Below are positions 21,161 through 36,300 of a DNA stretch of 64,000 bases, one piece after another. A model generated the notes under the pieces. It had not been told where the DNA came from and searched no databases. It worked only from the letters and a program-made list of their open reading frames with translations. Origin of the DNA: Eledone cirrhosa (taxonomy: Eukaryota); contig OZ024741.1 in assembly GCA_964016885.1 (NCBI GenBank), positions 26,412,001 through 26,476,000 on the forward strand. Reading direction: 5' to 3'. Made by a program: the position numbers and the translations under genes. Each line of letters opens with the position of its first letter. Positions within the stretch are counted from its first letter, which is position 1.

Positions 21161-21669
21161 AACAGTAGTTGATGCAAGGAAGTGGTCAGCTTGGTCATGT
21201 GTGCTTATAGATGTAGAGGGATGTTGAAGGATGGAGTTACATCAACTTTGATGTTATATAATGTGGTGGCGATGGTGGGGTAGTTATGGCGATAAAAGTC
21301 TAGTGTATATAGATGTCGGAAGTGATTTCTAAGGGAGGGAACTGTTTGTTCGAAACAAGTTAGCGTAATGAAAGAATAATTCAAAGGGAGATAATGTGTG
21401 TGTGACAGTATATATATTAATGGACAGATAGAGAAAGAAATTAACATAAAATATTTAGTGAGACCAGTATATGTGTAGTGTGTACAAGTGTTGTCGTGTG
21501 TAGAGGTAAATGTGTAGAGTGCAAAGGAAAATGTGTAGAGTGTAGACGTAGTGTGTTGTGTAGTTTGAAGAGGTAAATATGTAGAGTGTAGAAGGGTGTA
21601 GTGTCTACAGGTAAATGGGTAGAGTGTAGATATAGTGTGTAGTGGTAAGAGTGTAGTATCAACACCCTG

Positions 21670-23525
21670 TCAATCATTTTACATCCCTTTTCCATGCTTG
21701 CATGGATTAGATGAGTCTTTTCCAGCACAACAACTTTCCACTTATTGCATTCCTTCATCTTCTACTGCAATTACCTTCCAGTGGGAATTCCTGGCAACTC
21801 GTTCATATACACCACATGTCCACACCAGCAGTCTTCTCTCTTGCACACCTCATCTGATTCTACTTACACCCAATTTATCTCTCAGCTCATCCAACAAAGT
21901 ATGCTTGCTTCATTCATCTCCAGCTATTGCATATCCTCTGCATTCACCACTCATATCTTACTATGATGCAACATCACACACAGGTCTCATAAATCAGGGC
22001 TTTTGTTTGTAGAGAGAAACCTTATGTTGTCAACAGAGACAGCATCTCTAAATTTTTCTATCCTGTTCTTATTTTAGCTGCTATGGTCTAAGTGGTTTAC
22101 ATTTAGGAACTTCTAGTTATCTCTTGAAGGTGAGGGCATCTGTGGAGCTCCTCCCTGGCACAAAACTAAATTACATCTTATCTAGTTGCACTCTTTCCCT
22201 AATTAGTTCTGCTAAAACTCCATCTTTCATGACCTGGTCCACCAGTTTTATGCTCCTGTATTGGCTCCTATCTAGCACATCAACAATTAATGAGTATATT
22301 ACTATACCAGTCATTGACAATTTCAACATCTCAGTGATTATCTATCATGGCCTAGCAGTATTACCAGTTTTTATCTCCTCGATTGTTTCTTTGACCCTAT
22401 AACTGTCAATTATGACTGCCTGTCCTTCTGTTGGGTCAGTTAGATGTAGTCTACCTTGTTTTTACCTCATTCTCCACATTTATCAGCTGCTTATAGTAAC
22501 ATTTCCACACCTCTTTCTTTTGGAATGCCAGTGATATTTAGTGTACCACTGTCATTTTTACACACTTTTCCCTCAAGAACGTCCTGATTCACATAGACAC
22601 ACTGCTTTGCAATGCAGAACCTCACATCTCTGATCCTCAAGTCGCAGGACATTGACAAACCTTCTGTTTTCAGCTTCTTTACATACTATATATACTTGTT
22701 GTCTAGCTTCTACTTTAGCCATATGGTATTGATCTTCTATTTTTCTACACCAGACTCTTGGCTTTAACAGCTCGATCAATGGTGCTGTTCCACAACCAGG
22801 ACACCCTTCGTCTAGCTAATGCTTCACTCCAGCCACAAGTCTTGTCTGTAACCTGCAGAAGATTGTCACATAGGAACTTCCAATCCTCTATATTATATCT
22901 AACTCTTCCTTCTCATTATATGTATAATGTAGAGCTTTTCTGAATCAACTTTTAACAGAGGTCCTTTAGCTTCCATACATTCCCCCTTCTCTCATTCTGT
23001 ATTATATCTATTCTGATATCACTAATAATTAACTTATGTCAAATGGGGCATTCTTCTCCAGGGAGGGATTTGACATTTATAACCATCTGTCTATCCCCTT
23101 TCCTAATAAGTAAAAGGTCAATCTAGCGTATGTTCACATGATTAGTACTCTTAGGTCCCAAATAATGGGGGGAGGGGATAAACAGAGTGGGGGGGGTGGG
23201 GTGGAAAAATCAATAATTTTTTTAAATTGTCTCCTTTGATTTTTAAAAAACCAGAATTAGTCATTTAGTTTACATATTGAGACCCCAACCCATCCTATTT
23301 ATTTTATAACATATGGGATTTCTAGTAATGTACTTTTTTGTCATGTGTAATATTTTTTTAATGTATAAAGAAAATTAATTGTTGCAGGAATTTAGAGCAG
23401 ATGAGTGGGGAAGGGGTTAGAAAAAATCTGAAAAATTAATGAGGAGAGGGTGGGGCGATTATTCGAGACCTGAGAGTAGGTAATCAGGTGGTTTGACCAG
23501 TTTTCTGAAGTTAGTGCTGTAAATA
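21670..23525 (-). pseudogene. Old degraded copy of the RTE family seen at 6513-11496
   Basis: ORF 22573..22779 (KVEARQQVYIVCKEAENRRFVNVLRLEDQRCEV) aligns to KREARRQVYLARREAEDRKFKHVLQREDQKQEV; further nucleotide matches such as tttcatgacctggtcca. Confidence 0.8.
23148..23476. mobile_element. Non-autonomous TIR DNA transposon with TA flanks
   Basis: ta|ctcttaggtcccaaataat ... attattcgagacctgagag|ta; RTE homology resumes on both sides. Confidence 0.75.
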
Positions 23526-23644
23526 GATATTTCATTTGTATCTCAGAATTCCCTAGCTTTGCTCCCTTCTTATTTCTTGAGTCACAAACCATAACCAGAG
23601 CCACCATCTATAGAGAATAAAGTATAAAATATATGTCTACTTAC

Positions 23645-23692
23645 TGGAGGAAAATAGTCAAAGCTTTGTCAAACCGTTTCTGGAATGTGTAT
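23645..23692 (-). CDS. VPS41: VPS41 exon (YTFQKRFDKALTIFLQ)
   Basis: 48 nt, tacag acceptor, gtaagt donor; phase matches both neighbours; resembles human YTYDKNYGNALEIYL. Confidence 0.88.
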
Positions 23693-23711
23693 CTGTAAAT
23701 AAAAGGTAAAA

Positions 23712-23895
23712 TCATCATCATCGTTTAACGTCCATCTTCCATGCTAGTATGGGTTAGACAGTTTTGTTCCATTTGATGCACGGAAGTGTCTCTGGCAGGT
23801 ATTTTTACAGCTGGATGCTCTTCCTAACACCAACCACATTTACAGTGTGGACTGGGAGCCTTTTCACCGTGTCTCCTACATGGCCACCTTACAAT
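23712..23895 (-). mobile_element. (GAT)n-tailed short element sharing the RTE 3' UTR
   Basis: catcatcgtttaacgtccatcttccatgctag..gggttagac and cagctggatgc..ttcctaacaccaacc. Confidence 0.7.
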
Positions 23896-24342
23896 GAAGA
23901 CTGTTGTGTCATTGACACAGTGGATGGAACGGGAGAGGGAGGATGGGTAGGTGTGGCGGTGAGGTGTACATTGAGTTAAGAGGGGCCTACTGACTGTAGG
24001 TTTGTATGCATCATAGATTTATTCCAGTAGTTCACTTAACACTAGAAGATTATTGAACTGAAGTTGAAACCATGTGATTGCAAAAAGAACTTCTTAAGCC
24101 CACAGCCATGATGCTGTAATATCATCATCATTTAACATCCATTTTCCAGGCTAACATGGGTTACATGAGCTGTCCCACCATAAGACAAGCCAGGTTGGAG
24201 GACCACGTTTTGCTCACACAGAGCTAAACAATATCATATGTTTACATAATATGAAAACATTCTACTTTGTATGATATACATTGACAAGTCAGTTATGATA
24301 CTGGTGATACTGTACTCAGAATAAACACATACTTATGACTTC

Positions 24343-27300
24343 ATCATATCCCAGCAATATTGAGGGCAGAGCTCTCCTGTCACTGTGTATATTATATCCC
24401 AGCAATATTGAGGACAGAGCTCTCCTGTCACTGTGTATATTATATCCCAGCAATATTGAGGGCAGAGCTCTCCCCTCACTGTGTATATCATATCCCAGCA
24501 ATATTGAAGGCAGAGCTCTCCTGTCACTGTGTATATGATATCCCAGCAATATTGAAGGCAGAGCTCTCCTGTCACTGTGTATATTATATCCCAGCAATAT
24601 TGAGGACAGAGCTCTCCTCTCACTGTGTATATTATATCCCAGCAATATTGAAGGCAGAGCTCTCCTGTCACTGTGTATATCATATCCCAGCAATATTGAG
24701 GGCAGAGCTCTCCCCTCACTGTGTATATCATATCCCAGCAATATTGAGGGCAGAGCTCTCCTGTCACTGTGTATATTATATCCCAGCAATATTGAGGACA
24801 GAGCTCTCCTGTCACTGTGTATATTATATCCCAGTAATATTGAGGGCAGAGCTCTCCTCTCACTGTGTATATTATATCCCAGCAATATTGAAGGCAGAGC
24901 TCTCCTGTCACTGTGTATATTATATCCCAGCAATATTGAAGGCAGAGCTCTCCTGTCACTGTGTATATTATATCCCAGCAATATTGAGGACAGAACTCTC
25001 TTCTCACTGTGTATATTATATCCCAGCAATATTGAGGACAGAGCTCTCCTGTCACTGTGTATATCATATCCCAGCAATATTGAAGGCAGAGCTCTCCTGT
25101 CACTGTGTATATTATATCCCAGCAATATTGAGGACAGAGCTCTCCTGTCACTGTGTATATTATATCCCAGCAATATTGAAGGCAGAGCTCTCCTCTCACT
25201 GTGTATATCATATCCCAGCAATATTGAGGACAGAGATCTCCTGTCACTGTGTTTATTATATCCCAGCAATATTGAGGACAGAGCTCTCCTGTCACTGTGT
25301 ATATTATATCCCAGCAATATTGAGGACAGAGCTCTCCTGTCACTGTGTATATTATATCCCAGTAATATTGAGGGCAGAGCTCTCCTCTCACTGTGTATAT
25401 TATATCCCAGCAATATTGAAGGCAGAGCTCTCCTGTCACTGTGTATATTATATCCCAGCAATATTGAAGGCAGAGCTCTCCTGTCACTGTGTATATTATA
25501 TCCCAGCAATATTGAGGACAGAGCTCTCCTGTCACTGTGTATATTATATCCCAGCAATATTGAAGGCAGAGCTCTCCTGTCACTGTATATTATATCCCAG
25601 CAATATTGAGGACAGAGCTCTCTTCTCACTGTGTATATTATATCCCACAATATTGAGGACAGAGCTCTCCTGTCACTGTGTTTATTATATCCCAGCAATA
25701 TTGAGGACAGAGCTCTCCTGTCACTGTGTATATTATATCCCAGCAATATTGAGGGCAGAGCTCTCCTCTCACGGTGTATATTATATCCCAGCAATATTGA
25801 AGGCAGAGATCTCCTGTCACTGTGTATGTGATATCCCAGCAATATTGAGGACAGAGCTCTCCTGTCACTGTGTATATTATATCCCACAATATTGAGGACA
25901 GAGCTCTCCTGTCACTGTGTATATTATATCCCAGTAATATTGAGGGCAGAGCTCTCCTGTCACTGTGTATATTATATCCCAGCAATATTGAAGGCAGAGA
26001 TCTCCTGTCACTGTGTATATTATATCCCAGCAATATTGAGGGCAGAGCTCTCCTGTCACTGTGTATATTATATCCCACAATATTGAGGACAGAGCTCTCC
26101 TGTCACTGTGTATATTATATCCCAGTAATATTGAGGGCAGAGCTCTCCTGTCACTGTGTATATTATATCCTAGCAATATTGAAGGCAGAGCTCTCCTGTC
26201 ACTGTGTATATTATATCCCAGTAATATTGAGGGCAGAGCTCTCTTCTCACTGTATATTATATCCCAGCAATATTGAGGGCAGAGCTCTCCTCTCACTGTG
26301 TATATTATATCCCAGCAATATTGAAGGCAGAGCTCTCCTGTCACTGTGTATATTATATCCCAGCAATATTGAGGGCAGAGCTCTCCTGTCACTGTGTATA
26401 TTATATCCCAGTAATATTGAGGGCAGAGCTCTCCTGTCACTGTATATTATATCCCAGCAATATTGAGGACAGAGCTCTCCTCTCACTGTGTATATTATAT
26501 CCCAGCAATATTGAGGACAGAGCTCTCCTGTCACTGTATATTATATCCCAGCAATATTGAGGACAGAGCTCTCACTGTGTATATTATATCCGACAATATT
26601 GAGGACAGAGCTCTCCTGTCACTGTGTTTATTATATCCCAGCAATATTGAAGGCAGAGCTCTCCTGTCACTGTGTATATCATATCCCAGCAATATTGAAG
26701 ACAGAGCTCTCCTGTCACTGTGTATATTATATCCCAGCAATATTGAGGACAGAGCTCTCCTCTCACTGTGTATATTATATCCCACAATATTGAAGGCAGA
26801 GCTCTCCTGTCACTGTGTATATCATATCCCAGCAATATTGAGGACAGAGCTCTCCTCTCACTGTGTATATTATATCCCACAATATTGAAGGCAGAGCTCT
26901 CCTGTCACTGTGTATATCATATCCCAGCAATAGTGAAGGCAGAGCTCTCCTGTCACTGTGTATATTATATCCCAGCAATATTGAGGGCAGAGCTCTCCTC
27001 TCACTGTGTATATTATATCCCAGCAATATTGAGGACAGAGCTCTCCTCTCACTGTGTATATCATATCCCAGCAATATTGAAGGCAGAGCTCTCCTGTCAC
27101 TGTGTATATTATATCCCAGCAATATTGAGGGCAGAGCTCTCCTCTCACTGTGTATATTATATCCCAGCAATATTGAGGGCAGAGCTCTCCTCTCACTGTG
27201 TATATCATATCCCAGCAATATTGAGGACAGAGCTCTCCTGTCACTGTGTTTATTATATCCCAGCAATATTGAAGGCAGAGCTCTCCTGTCACTGTGTTTA

Positions 27301-30300
27301 TTATATCCCAGCAATATTGAAGGCAGAGCTCTCCTGTCACTGTGTATATCATATCCCAGCAATATTGAGGACAGAGCTCTCCTGTCACTGTTTATTATAT
27401 CCCAGGAATATTGAAGGCAGAGCTCTCCTGTCACTGTGTATATCATATCCCAGCAATATTGAAGGCAGAGCTCTCCTCTCACTGTGTATATTATATCCCA
27501 GCAATATTGAGGGCAGAGCTCTCCTCTCACTGTGTATATCATATCCCAGCAATATTGAGGACAGAGCTCTCCTGTCACTGTGTATATTATATCCCAGCAA
27601 TATTGAAGGCAGAGCTCTCCTCTCACTGTGTATATTATATCCCAGCAATATTGAGGGCAGAGCACTCCTCTCACTGTGTATATTATATCCCAGCAATATT
27701 GAGGGCAGAGCTCTCTTCTCACTGTGTATATTATATCCCAGCAATATTGAGGACAGAGCTCTCCTCTCACTGTGTATATTATATCCCAGCAATATTGAGG
27801 GCAGAGCTCTCCTCTCACTGTGTATATCATATCCCACAATATTGAGGACAGAGCTCTCCTGTCACTGTGTTTATTATATCCCAGCAATATTGAGGACAGA
27901 GCTCTCCTGTCACTGTGTATATCATATCCCACAATATTGAGGACAGAGCTCTCCTGTCACTGTGTATATTATATACCAGCAATATTGAGGGCAGAGCTCT
28001 CCTGTCACTGTGTATATCATATCTCACAATATTGAGGACAGAGCTCTCCTGTCACTGTGTTTATCATATCCCAGCAATATTGAGGGCACAGCTCTCCTCT
28101 CACTGTGTATATTATATCCCAGCAATATTGAAGGCAGAGCTCTCCTCTCACTGTGTATATCATATCCCACAATATTGAGGACAGAGCTCTCCTGTCACTG
28201 TGTTTATCATATCCCAGCAATATTGAGTGCAGAGCTCTCCTGTCACCGTGTATATTATATCCCAGCAATATTGAGGACAGAGCTCTTCTTTCACTGTGTA
28301 TATGATATCCCAGTAATATTGAGGACAGAGCTCTCCTGTCACTGTGTTTATTATATCCCACAATATTGAGGACAGAGCTCTCCTGTCACTGTGTTTATTA
28401 TATCCCAGCAATATTGAAGGCAGAGCTCTCCTGTCACTGTGTATATTATATCCCAGCAATATTGAGGGCAGAGCTCTCCTGTCACTGTGTATATTATATC
28501 CCAGCAATATTGAAGGCAGAGCTCTCCTGTCACTGTGTTTATCATATCCCAGCAATATTGAGGACAGAGCTCTCCTGTCACTGTGTATATTATATCCCAG
28601 CAATATTGAGGGCAGAGCTCTCCTCTCACTGTGTATATTATATCCCAGCAATATTGAAGGCAGAGATCTCCTGTCACTGTGTATATGATATCCCAGCAAT
28701 ATTGAGGACAGAGCTCTCCTGTCACTGTGTATATTATATCCCACAATATTGAGGACAGAGCTCTCCTGTCACTGTGTATATTATATCCCAGTAATATTGA
28801 GGGCAGAGCTCTCCTGTCACTGTGTATATTATATCTCAGCAATATTGAAGGCAGAGATCTCCTGTCACTGTGTATATTATATCCCAGCAATATTGAGGGC
28901 AGAGCTCTCCTGTCACTGTGTATATTATATCCCACAATATTGAGGACAGAGCTCTCCTGTCACTGTGTATATTATATCCCAGCAATATTGAGGACAGAGC
29001 TCTCCTGTCACTGTGTATATCATATCCCACAATATTGAGGACAGAGCTCTCCTGTCACTGTGTATATTATATCCCAGTAATATTGAGGGCAGAGCTCTCT
29101 TCTCACTGTATATTATATCCCAGCAATATTGAGGGCAGAGCTCTCCTCTCACTGTGTATATTATATCCCAGCAATATTGAAGGCAGAGCTCTCCTGTCAC
29201 TGTGTATATTATATCCCAGCAATATTGAGGGCAGAGCTCTCCTGTCACTGTGTATATCATATCCCAGCAATATTGAAGGCAGAGCTCTCCTGTCAATGTG
29301 TATATTATATCCCACAATATTGAAGGCAGAGCTCTCCTCTCACTGTGTATATTATATCCCAGCAATATTGAGGACAGAGCTCTCCTCTCACTGTGTATAT
29401 TATATCCCACAATATTAAAGGCAGAGCTCTCCTGTCACTGTGTATATCATATCCCAGCAATATTGAGGACAGAGCTCTCCTCTCACTGTGTATATTATAT
29501 CCCACAATATTGAAGGCAGAGCTCTCCTGTCACTGTGTATATCATATCCCAGCAATATTGAAGGCAGAGCTCTCCTGTCACTGTGTATATTATATCCCAG
29601 CAATATTGAGGGCAGAGCTCTCCTCTCACTGTGTATATTATATCGCAGCAATATTGAGGACAGAGCTCTCCTCTCACTGTGTATATCATATCCCAGCAAT
29701 ATTGAAGGCAGAGCTCTCCTGTCACTGTGTATATTATATCCCAGCAATATTGAGGGCAGAGCTCTCCTCTCACTGTGTATATTATATCCCAGCAATATTG
29801 AGGACAGAGCTCTCCTCTCACTGTGTATATTATATCCCAGCAATATTGAAGGCAGAGCTCTCCTGTCACTGTGTATATTATATCCCAGCAATATTGAAGG
29901 CAGAGCTCTCCTCTCACTGTGTATATTATATCCCAGCAATATTGAGGACAGAGCTCTTCTGTCACTGTGTATATGATATCCCAGCAATATTGAGGACAGA
30001 GCTCTTCTGTCACTGTGTATATTATATCCCAGCAATATTGAGGGCAGAGCTCTCCTCTCACTGTGTATATTATATCCCAGCAATATTGAGGACAGAGCTC
30101 TGCTCTCACTGTGTATATTATATCCCAGCAATATTGAGGACAGAGCTCTCTTCTCACTGTGTATATTATATCCCAGCAATATTGAGGACAGAGCTCTCTT
30201 CTCACTGTGTATATTATATCCCAGCAATATTGAGGACAGAGCTCTCCTCTCACTGTGTATATTATATCCCAGCAATATTGAGGACAGAGCTCTCCTCTGG

Positions 30301-33300
30301 CTGTGTATATTATATCCCAGCAATATTGAAGGCAGAGCTCTCCTCTCACTGTGTATATTATATCCCAGCAATATTGAGGACAGAGCTCTCCTCTCACTGT
30401 GTATATTATATCCCAGCAATATTGAGGACAGAGCTCTCCTCTCACTGTGTATATTATATCCCAGCAATATTGAGGGCAGAGCTCTCCTCTCACTGTGTAT
30501 ATCATATCCCACAATATTGAGGACAGAGCTCTCCTGTCACTGTGTTTATTATATCCCAGCAATATTGAGGACAGAGCTCTCCTGTCACTGTGTATATCAT
30601 ATCCCACAATATTGAGGACAGAGCTCTCCTGTCACTGTGTATATTATATACCAGCAATATTGAGGGCAGAGCTCTCCTGTCACTGTGTATATCATATCTC
30701 ACAATATTGAGGACAGAGCTCTCCTGTCACTGTGTTTATCATATCCCAGCAATATTGAGGGCACAGCTCTCCTCTCACTGTGTATATTATATCCCAGCAA
30801 TATTGAAGGCAGAGCTCTCCTCTCACTGTGTATATCATATCCCACAATATTGAGGACAGAGCTCTCCTGTCACTGTGTTTATTATATCCCAGCAATATTG
30901 AAGGCAGAGCTCTCCTGTCACTGTGTATATTATATCCCAGCAATATTGAGGGCAGAGCTCTCCTGTCACTGTGTATATTATATCCCAGCAATATTGAAGG
31001 CAGAGCTCTCCTGTCACTGTGTTTATCATATCCCAGCAATATTGAGGACAGAGCTCTTCTGTCACTGTGTATATTATATCCCAGCAATATTGAGGGCACA
31101 GCTCTCCTCTCACTGTGTATATTATATCCCAGCAATATTGAAGGCAGAGCTCTCCTCTCACTGTGTATATTATATCCCACAATATTGAGGGCAGAGCTCT
31201 CTTGTCACTGTGTATATTATATCCCAGCAATATTGAAGGCAGAGCTCTCCTGTCACTGTGTATATCATATCCCAGCAATATTGAGGACAGAGCTCTTCTG
31301 TCACTGTGTATATTATATCCCAGCAATATTGAGGGCACAGCTCTCCTCTCACTGTGTATATTATATCCCAGCAATATTGAAGGCAGAGCTCTCCTCTCAC
31401 TGTGTATATTATATCCCACAATATTGAGGGCAGAGCTCTCTTGTCACTGTGTATATTATATCCCAGCAATATTGAAGGCAGAGCTCTCCTGTCACTGTGT
31501 ATATTATATCCCAGTAATATTGAGGGCAGAGCTCTCCTCTCACTGTGTATATTATATCCCAGCAATATTGAAGGCAGAGCTCTCCTGTCACTGTGTATAT
31601 TATATCCCAGCAATATTGAGGGCAGAGCTCTCCTCTCACTGTGTATATTATATCCCAGCAATATTGAAGGCAGAGCTCTCCTGTCACTGTGTATATTATA
31701 TCCCAGCAATATTGAAGGCAGAGCTCTCCTCTCACTGTGTATATTATATCCCAGCAATATTGAGGGCAGAGCTCTCCTGTCACTGTGTATATTATATCCT
31801 AGCAATATTGAAGGCAGAGCTCTCCTGTCACTGTGTATATTATATCCCAGTAATATTGAGGGCAGAGCTCTCTTCTCACTGTATATTATATCCCAGCAAT
31901 ATTGAGGGCAGAGCTCTCCTCTCACTGTGTATATTATATCCCAGCAATATTGAAGGCAGAGCTCTCCTGTCACTGTGTATATTATATCCCAGCAATATTG
32001 AGGGCAGAGCTCTCCTGTCACTGTGTATATTATATCCCAGTAATATTGAGGGCAGAGCTCTCCTGTCACTGTATATTATATCCCAGCAATATTGAGGACA
32101 GAGCTCTCCTCTCACTGTGTATATTATATCCCAGCAATATTGAGGACAGAGCTCTCCTCTCACTGTGTATATTATATCCCAGCAATATTGAGGACAGAGC
32201 TCTCCTGTCACTGTATATTATATCCCAGCAATATTGAGGACAGAGCTCTCACTGTGTATATTATATCCGACAATATTGAGGACAGAGCTCTCCTGTCACT
32301 GTGTTTATTATATCCCAGCAATATTGAAGGCAGAGCTCTCCTGTCACTGTGTATATCATATCCCAGCAATATTGAAGGCAGAGCTCTCCTGTCACTGTGT
32401 ATATTATATCCCACAATATTGAAGGCAGAGCTCTCCTCTCACTGTGTATATTATATCCCAGCAATATTGAGGACAGAGCTCTCCTCTCACTGTGTATATT
32501 ATATCCCACAATATTGAAGGCAGAGCTCTCCTGTCACTGTGTATATCATATCCCAGCAATATTGAGGACAGAGCTCTCCTCTCACTGTGTATATTATATC
32601 CCACAATATTGAAGGCAGAGCTCTCCTGTCACTGTGTATATCATATCCCAGCAATAGTGAAGGCAGAGCTCTCCTGTCACTGTGTATATTATATCCCAGC
32701 AATATTGAGGGCAGAGCTCTCCTCTCACTGTGTATATTATATCCCAGCAATATTGAGGACAGAGCTCTCCTCTCACTGTGTATATCATATCCCAGCAATA
32801 TTGAAGGCAGAGCTCTCCTGTCACTGTGTATATTATATCCCAGCAATATTGAGGGCAGAGCTCTCCTCTCACTGTGTATATTATATCCCAGCAATATTGA
32901 GGGCAGAGCTCTCCTCTCACTGTGTATATTATATCCCAGCAATATTGAGGGCAGAGCTCTCCTCTCACTGTGTATATCATATCCCAGCAATATTGAGGAC
33001 AGAGCTCTCCTGTCACTGTGTTTATTATATCTCAGCAATATTGAAGGCAGAGCTCTCCTGTCACTGTGTTTATTATATCCCAGCAATATTGAAGGCAGAG
33101 CTCTCCTGTCACTGTGTATATCATATCCCAGCAATATTGAGGACAGAGCTCTCCTGTCACTGTTTATTATATCCCAGGAATATTGAAGACAGAGCTCTCC
33201 TGTCACTGTATATTATATCCCAGCAATATTGAAGGCAGAGCTCTCCTCTCACTGTGTATATTATATCCCAGCAATATTGAGGGCAGAGCTCTCCTGTCAC

Positions 33301-36300
33301 TGTATATCATATCCCAGCAATATTGAAGGCAGAGCTCTCCTGTCACTGTGTATATTATATCCCAGCAATATTGAAGGCAGAGCTCTCCTCTCACTGTGTA
33401 TATTATATCCCAGCAATATTGAGGGCAGAGCTCTCTTCTCACTGTGTATATTATATCCCAGCAATATTGAGGACAGAGCTCTCCTCTCACTGTGTATATT
33501 ATATCCCAGCAATATTGAGGGCAGAGCTCTCCTCTCACTGTGTATATCATATCCCACAATATTGAGGACAGAGCTCTCCTGTCACTGTGTTTATTATATC
33601 CCAGCAATATTGAGGACAGAGCTCTCCTGTCACTGTATATCATATCCCACAATATTGAGGACAGAGCTCTCCTGTCACTGTGTATATTATATACCAGCAA
33701 TATTGAGGGCAGAGCTCTCCTGTCACTGTGTATATCATATCTCACAATATTGAGGACAGAGCTCTCCTGTCACTGTGTTTATCATATCCCTGCAATATTG
33801 AGGGCACAGCTCTCCTCTCACTGTGTATATTATATCCCAGCAATATTGAAGGCAGAGCTCTCCTCTCACTGTGTATATCATATCCCACAATATTGAGGAC
33901 AGAGCTCTCCTGTCACTGTGTTTATCATATCCCAGCAATATTGAGGGCAGAGCTCTCCTGTCACCGTGTATATTATATCCCAGCAATATTGAGGACAGAG
34001 CTCTTCTTTCACTGTGTATATGATATCCCAGTAATATTGAGGACAGAGCTCTCCTGTCACTGTGTTTATTATATCCCACAATATTGAGGACAGAGCTCTC
34101 CTGTCACTGTGTTTATTATATCCCAGCAATATTGAAGGCAGAGCTCTCCTGTCACTGTGTATATTATATCCCAGCAATATTGAGGGCAGAGCTCTCCTGT
34201 CACTGTGTATATTATATCCCAGCAATATTGAAGGCAGAGCTCTCCTGTCACTGTGTTTATCATATCCCAGCAATATTGAGGACAGAGCTCTCCTGTCACT
34301 GTGTATATTATATCCCAGCAATATTGAGGGCAGAGCTCTCCTCTCACTGTGTATATTATATCCCAGCAATATTGAAGGCAGAGATCTCCTGTCACTGTGT
34401 ATATGATATCCCAGCAATATTGAGGACAGAGCTCTCCTGTCACTGTGTATATTATATCCCACAATATTGAGGACAGAGCTCTCCTGTCACTGTGTATATT
34501 ATATCCCAGTAATATTGAGGGCAGAGCTCTCCTGTCACTGTGTATATTATATCTCAGCAATATTGAAGGCAGAGATCTCCTGTCACTGTGTATATTATAT
34601 CCCAGCAATATTGAGGGCAGAGCTCTCCTCTCACTGTGTATATTATATCCCACAATATTGAGGACAGAGCTCTCCTGTCACTGTGTATATTATATCCCAG
34701 CAATATTGAGGACAGAGTTCTCCTGTCACTGTGTATATCATATCCCACAATATTGAGGACAGAGCTCTCCTGTCACTGTGTATATTATATCCCAGTAATA
34801 TTGAGGGCAGAGCTCTCTTCTCACTGTATATTATATCCCAGCAATATTGAGGGCAGAGCTCTCCTCTCACTGTGTATATTATATCCCAGCAATATTGAAG
34901 GCAGAGCTCTCCTGTCACTGTGTATATTATATCCCAGCAATATTGAGGGCAGAGCTCTCCTGTCACTGTGTATATCATATCCCAGCAATATTGAAGGCAG
35001 AGCTCTCCTGTCAATGTGTATATTATATCCCACAATATTGAAGGCAGAGCTCTCCTCTCACTGTGTATATTATATCCCAGCAATATTGAGGACAGAGCTC
35101 TCCTCTCACTGTGTATATTATATCCCACAATATTGAAGGCAGAGCTCTCCTGTCACTGTGTATATCATATCCCAGCAATATTGAGGACAGAGCTCTCCTC
35201 TCACTGTGTATATTATATCCCACAATATTGAAGGCAGAGCTCTCCTGTCACTGTGTATATCATATCCCAGCAATATTGAAGGCAGAGCTCTCCTGTCACT
35301 GTGTATATTATATCCCAGCAATATTGAGGGCAGAGCTCTCCTCTCACTGTGTATATTATATCCCAGCAATATTGAGGACAGAGCTCTCCTCTCACTGTGT
35401 ATATCATATCCCAGCAATATTGAAGGCAGAGCTCTCCTGTCACTGTGTATATTATATCCCAGCAATATTGAGGGCAGAGCTCTCCTCTCACTGTGTATAT
35501 TATATCCCAGCAATATTGAAGACAGAGCTCTCCTCTCACTGTGTATATTATATCCCAGCAATATTGAAGGCAGAGCTCTCCTGTCACTGTGTATATTATA
35601 TCCCAGCAATATTGAAGGCATAGCTCTCCTCTCACTGTGTATATTATATCCCAGCAATATTGAGGACAGAGCTCTTCTGTCATTGTGTATATGATATCCC
35701 AGCAATATTGAGGACAGAGCTCTTCTGTCACTGTGTATATTATATCCCAGCAATATTGAGGGCAGAGCTCTCCTCTCACTGTGTATATTATATCCCAGCA
35801 ATATTGAGGACAGAGCTCTCCTCTCACTGTGTATATTATATCCCAGCAATATTGAGGACAGAGCTCTCTTCTCACTGTGTATATTATATCCCAGCAATAT
35901 TGAGGACAGAGCTCTCTTCTCACTGTGTATATTATATCCCAGCAATATTGAGGACAGAGCTCTCCTCTCACTGTGTATATTATATCCCAGCAATATTGAG
36001 GACAGAGCTCTCCTCTCGCTGTGTATATTATATCCCAGCAATATTGAAGGCAGAGCTCTCCTCTCACTGTGTATATTATATCCCAGCAATATTGAGGACA
36101 GAGCTCTCCTCTCACTGTGTATATTATATCCCAGCAATATTGAGGACAGAGCTCTCCTCTCACTGTGTATATTATATCCCAGCAATATTGAGGGCAGAGC
36201 TCTCCTCTCACTGTGTATATCATATCCCACAATATTGAGGACAGAGCTCTCCTGTCACTGTGTTTATTATATCCCAGCAATATTGAGGACAGAGCTCTCC

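Noticed and set aside
23645-23692. The 48-nt exon equals the satellite unit length
   Set aside because: No visible sequence similarity to the monomer; treated as coincidence
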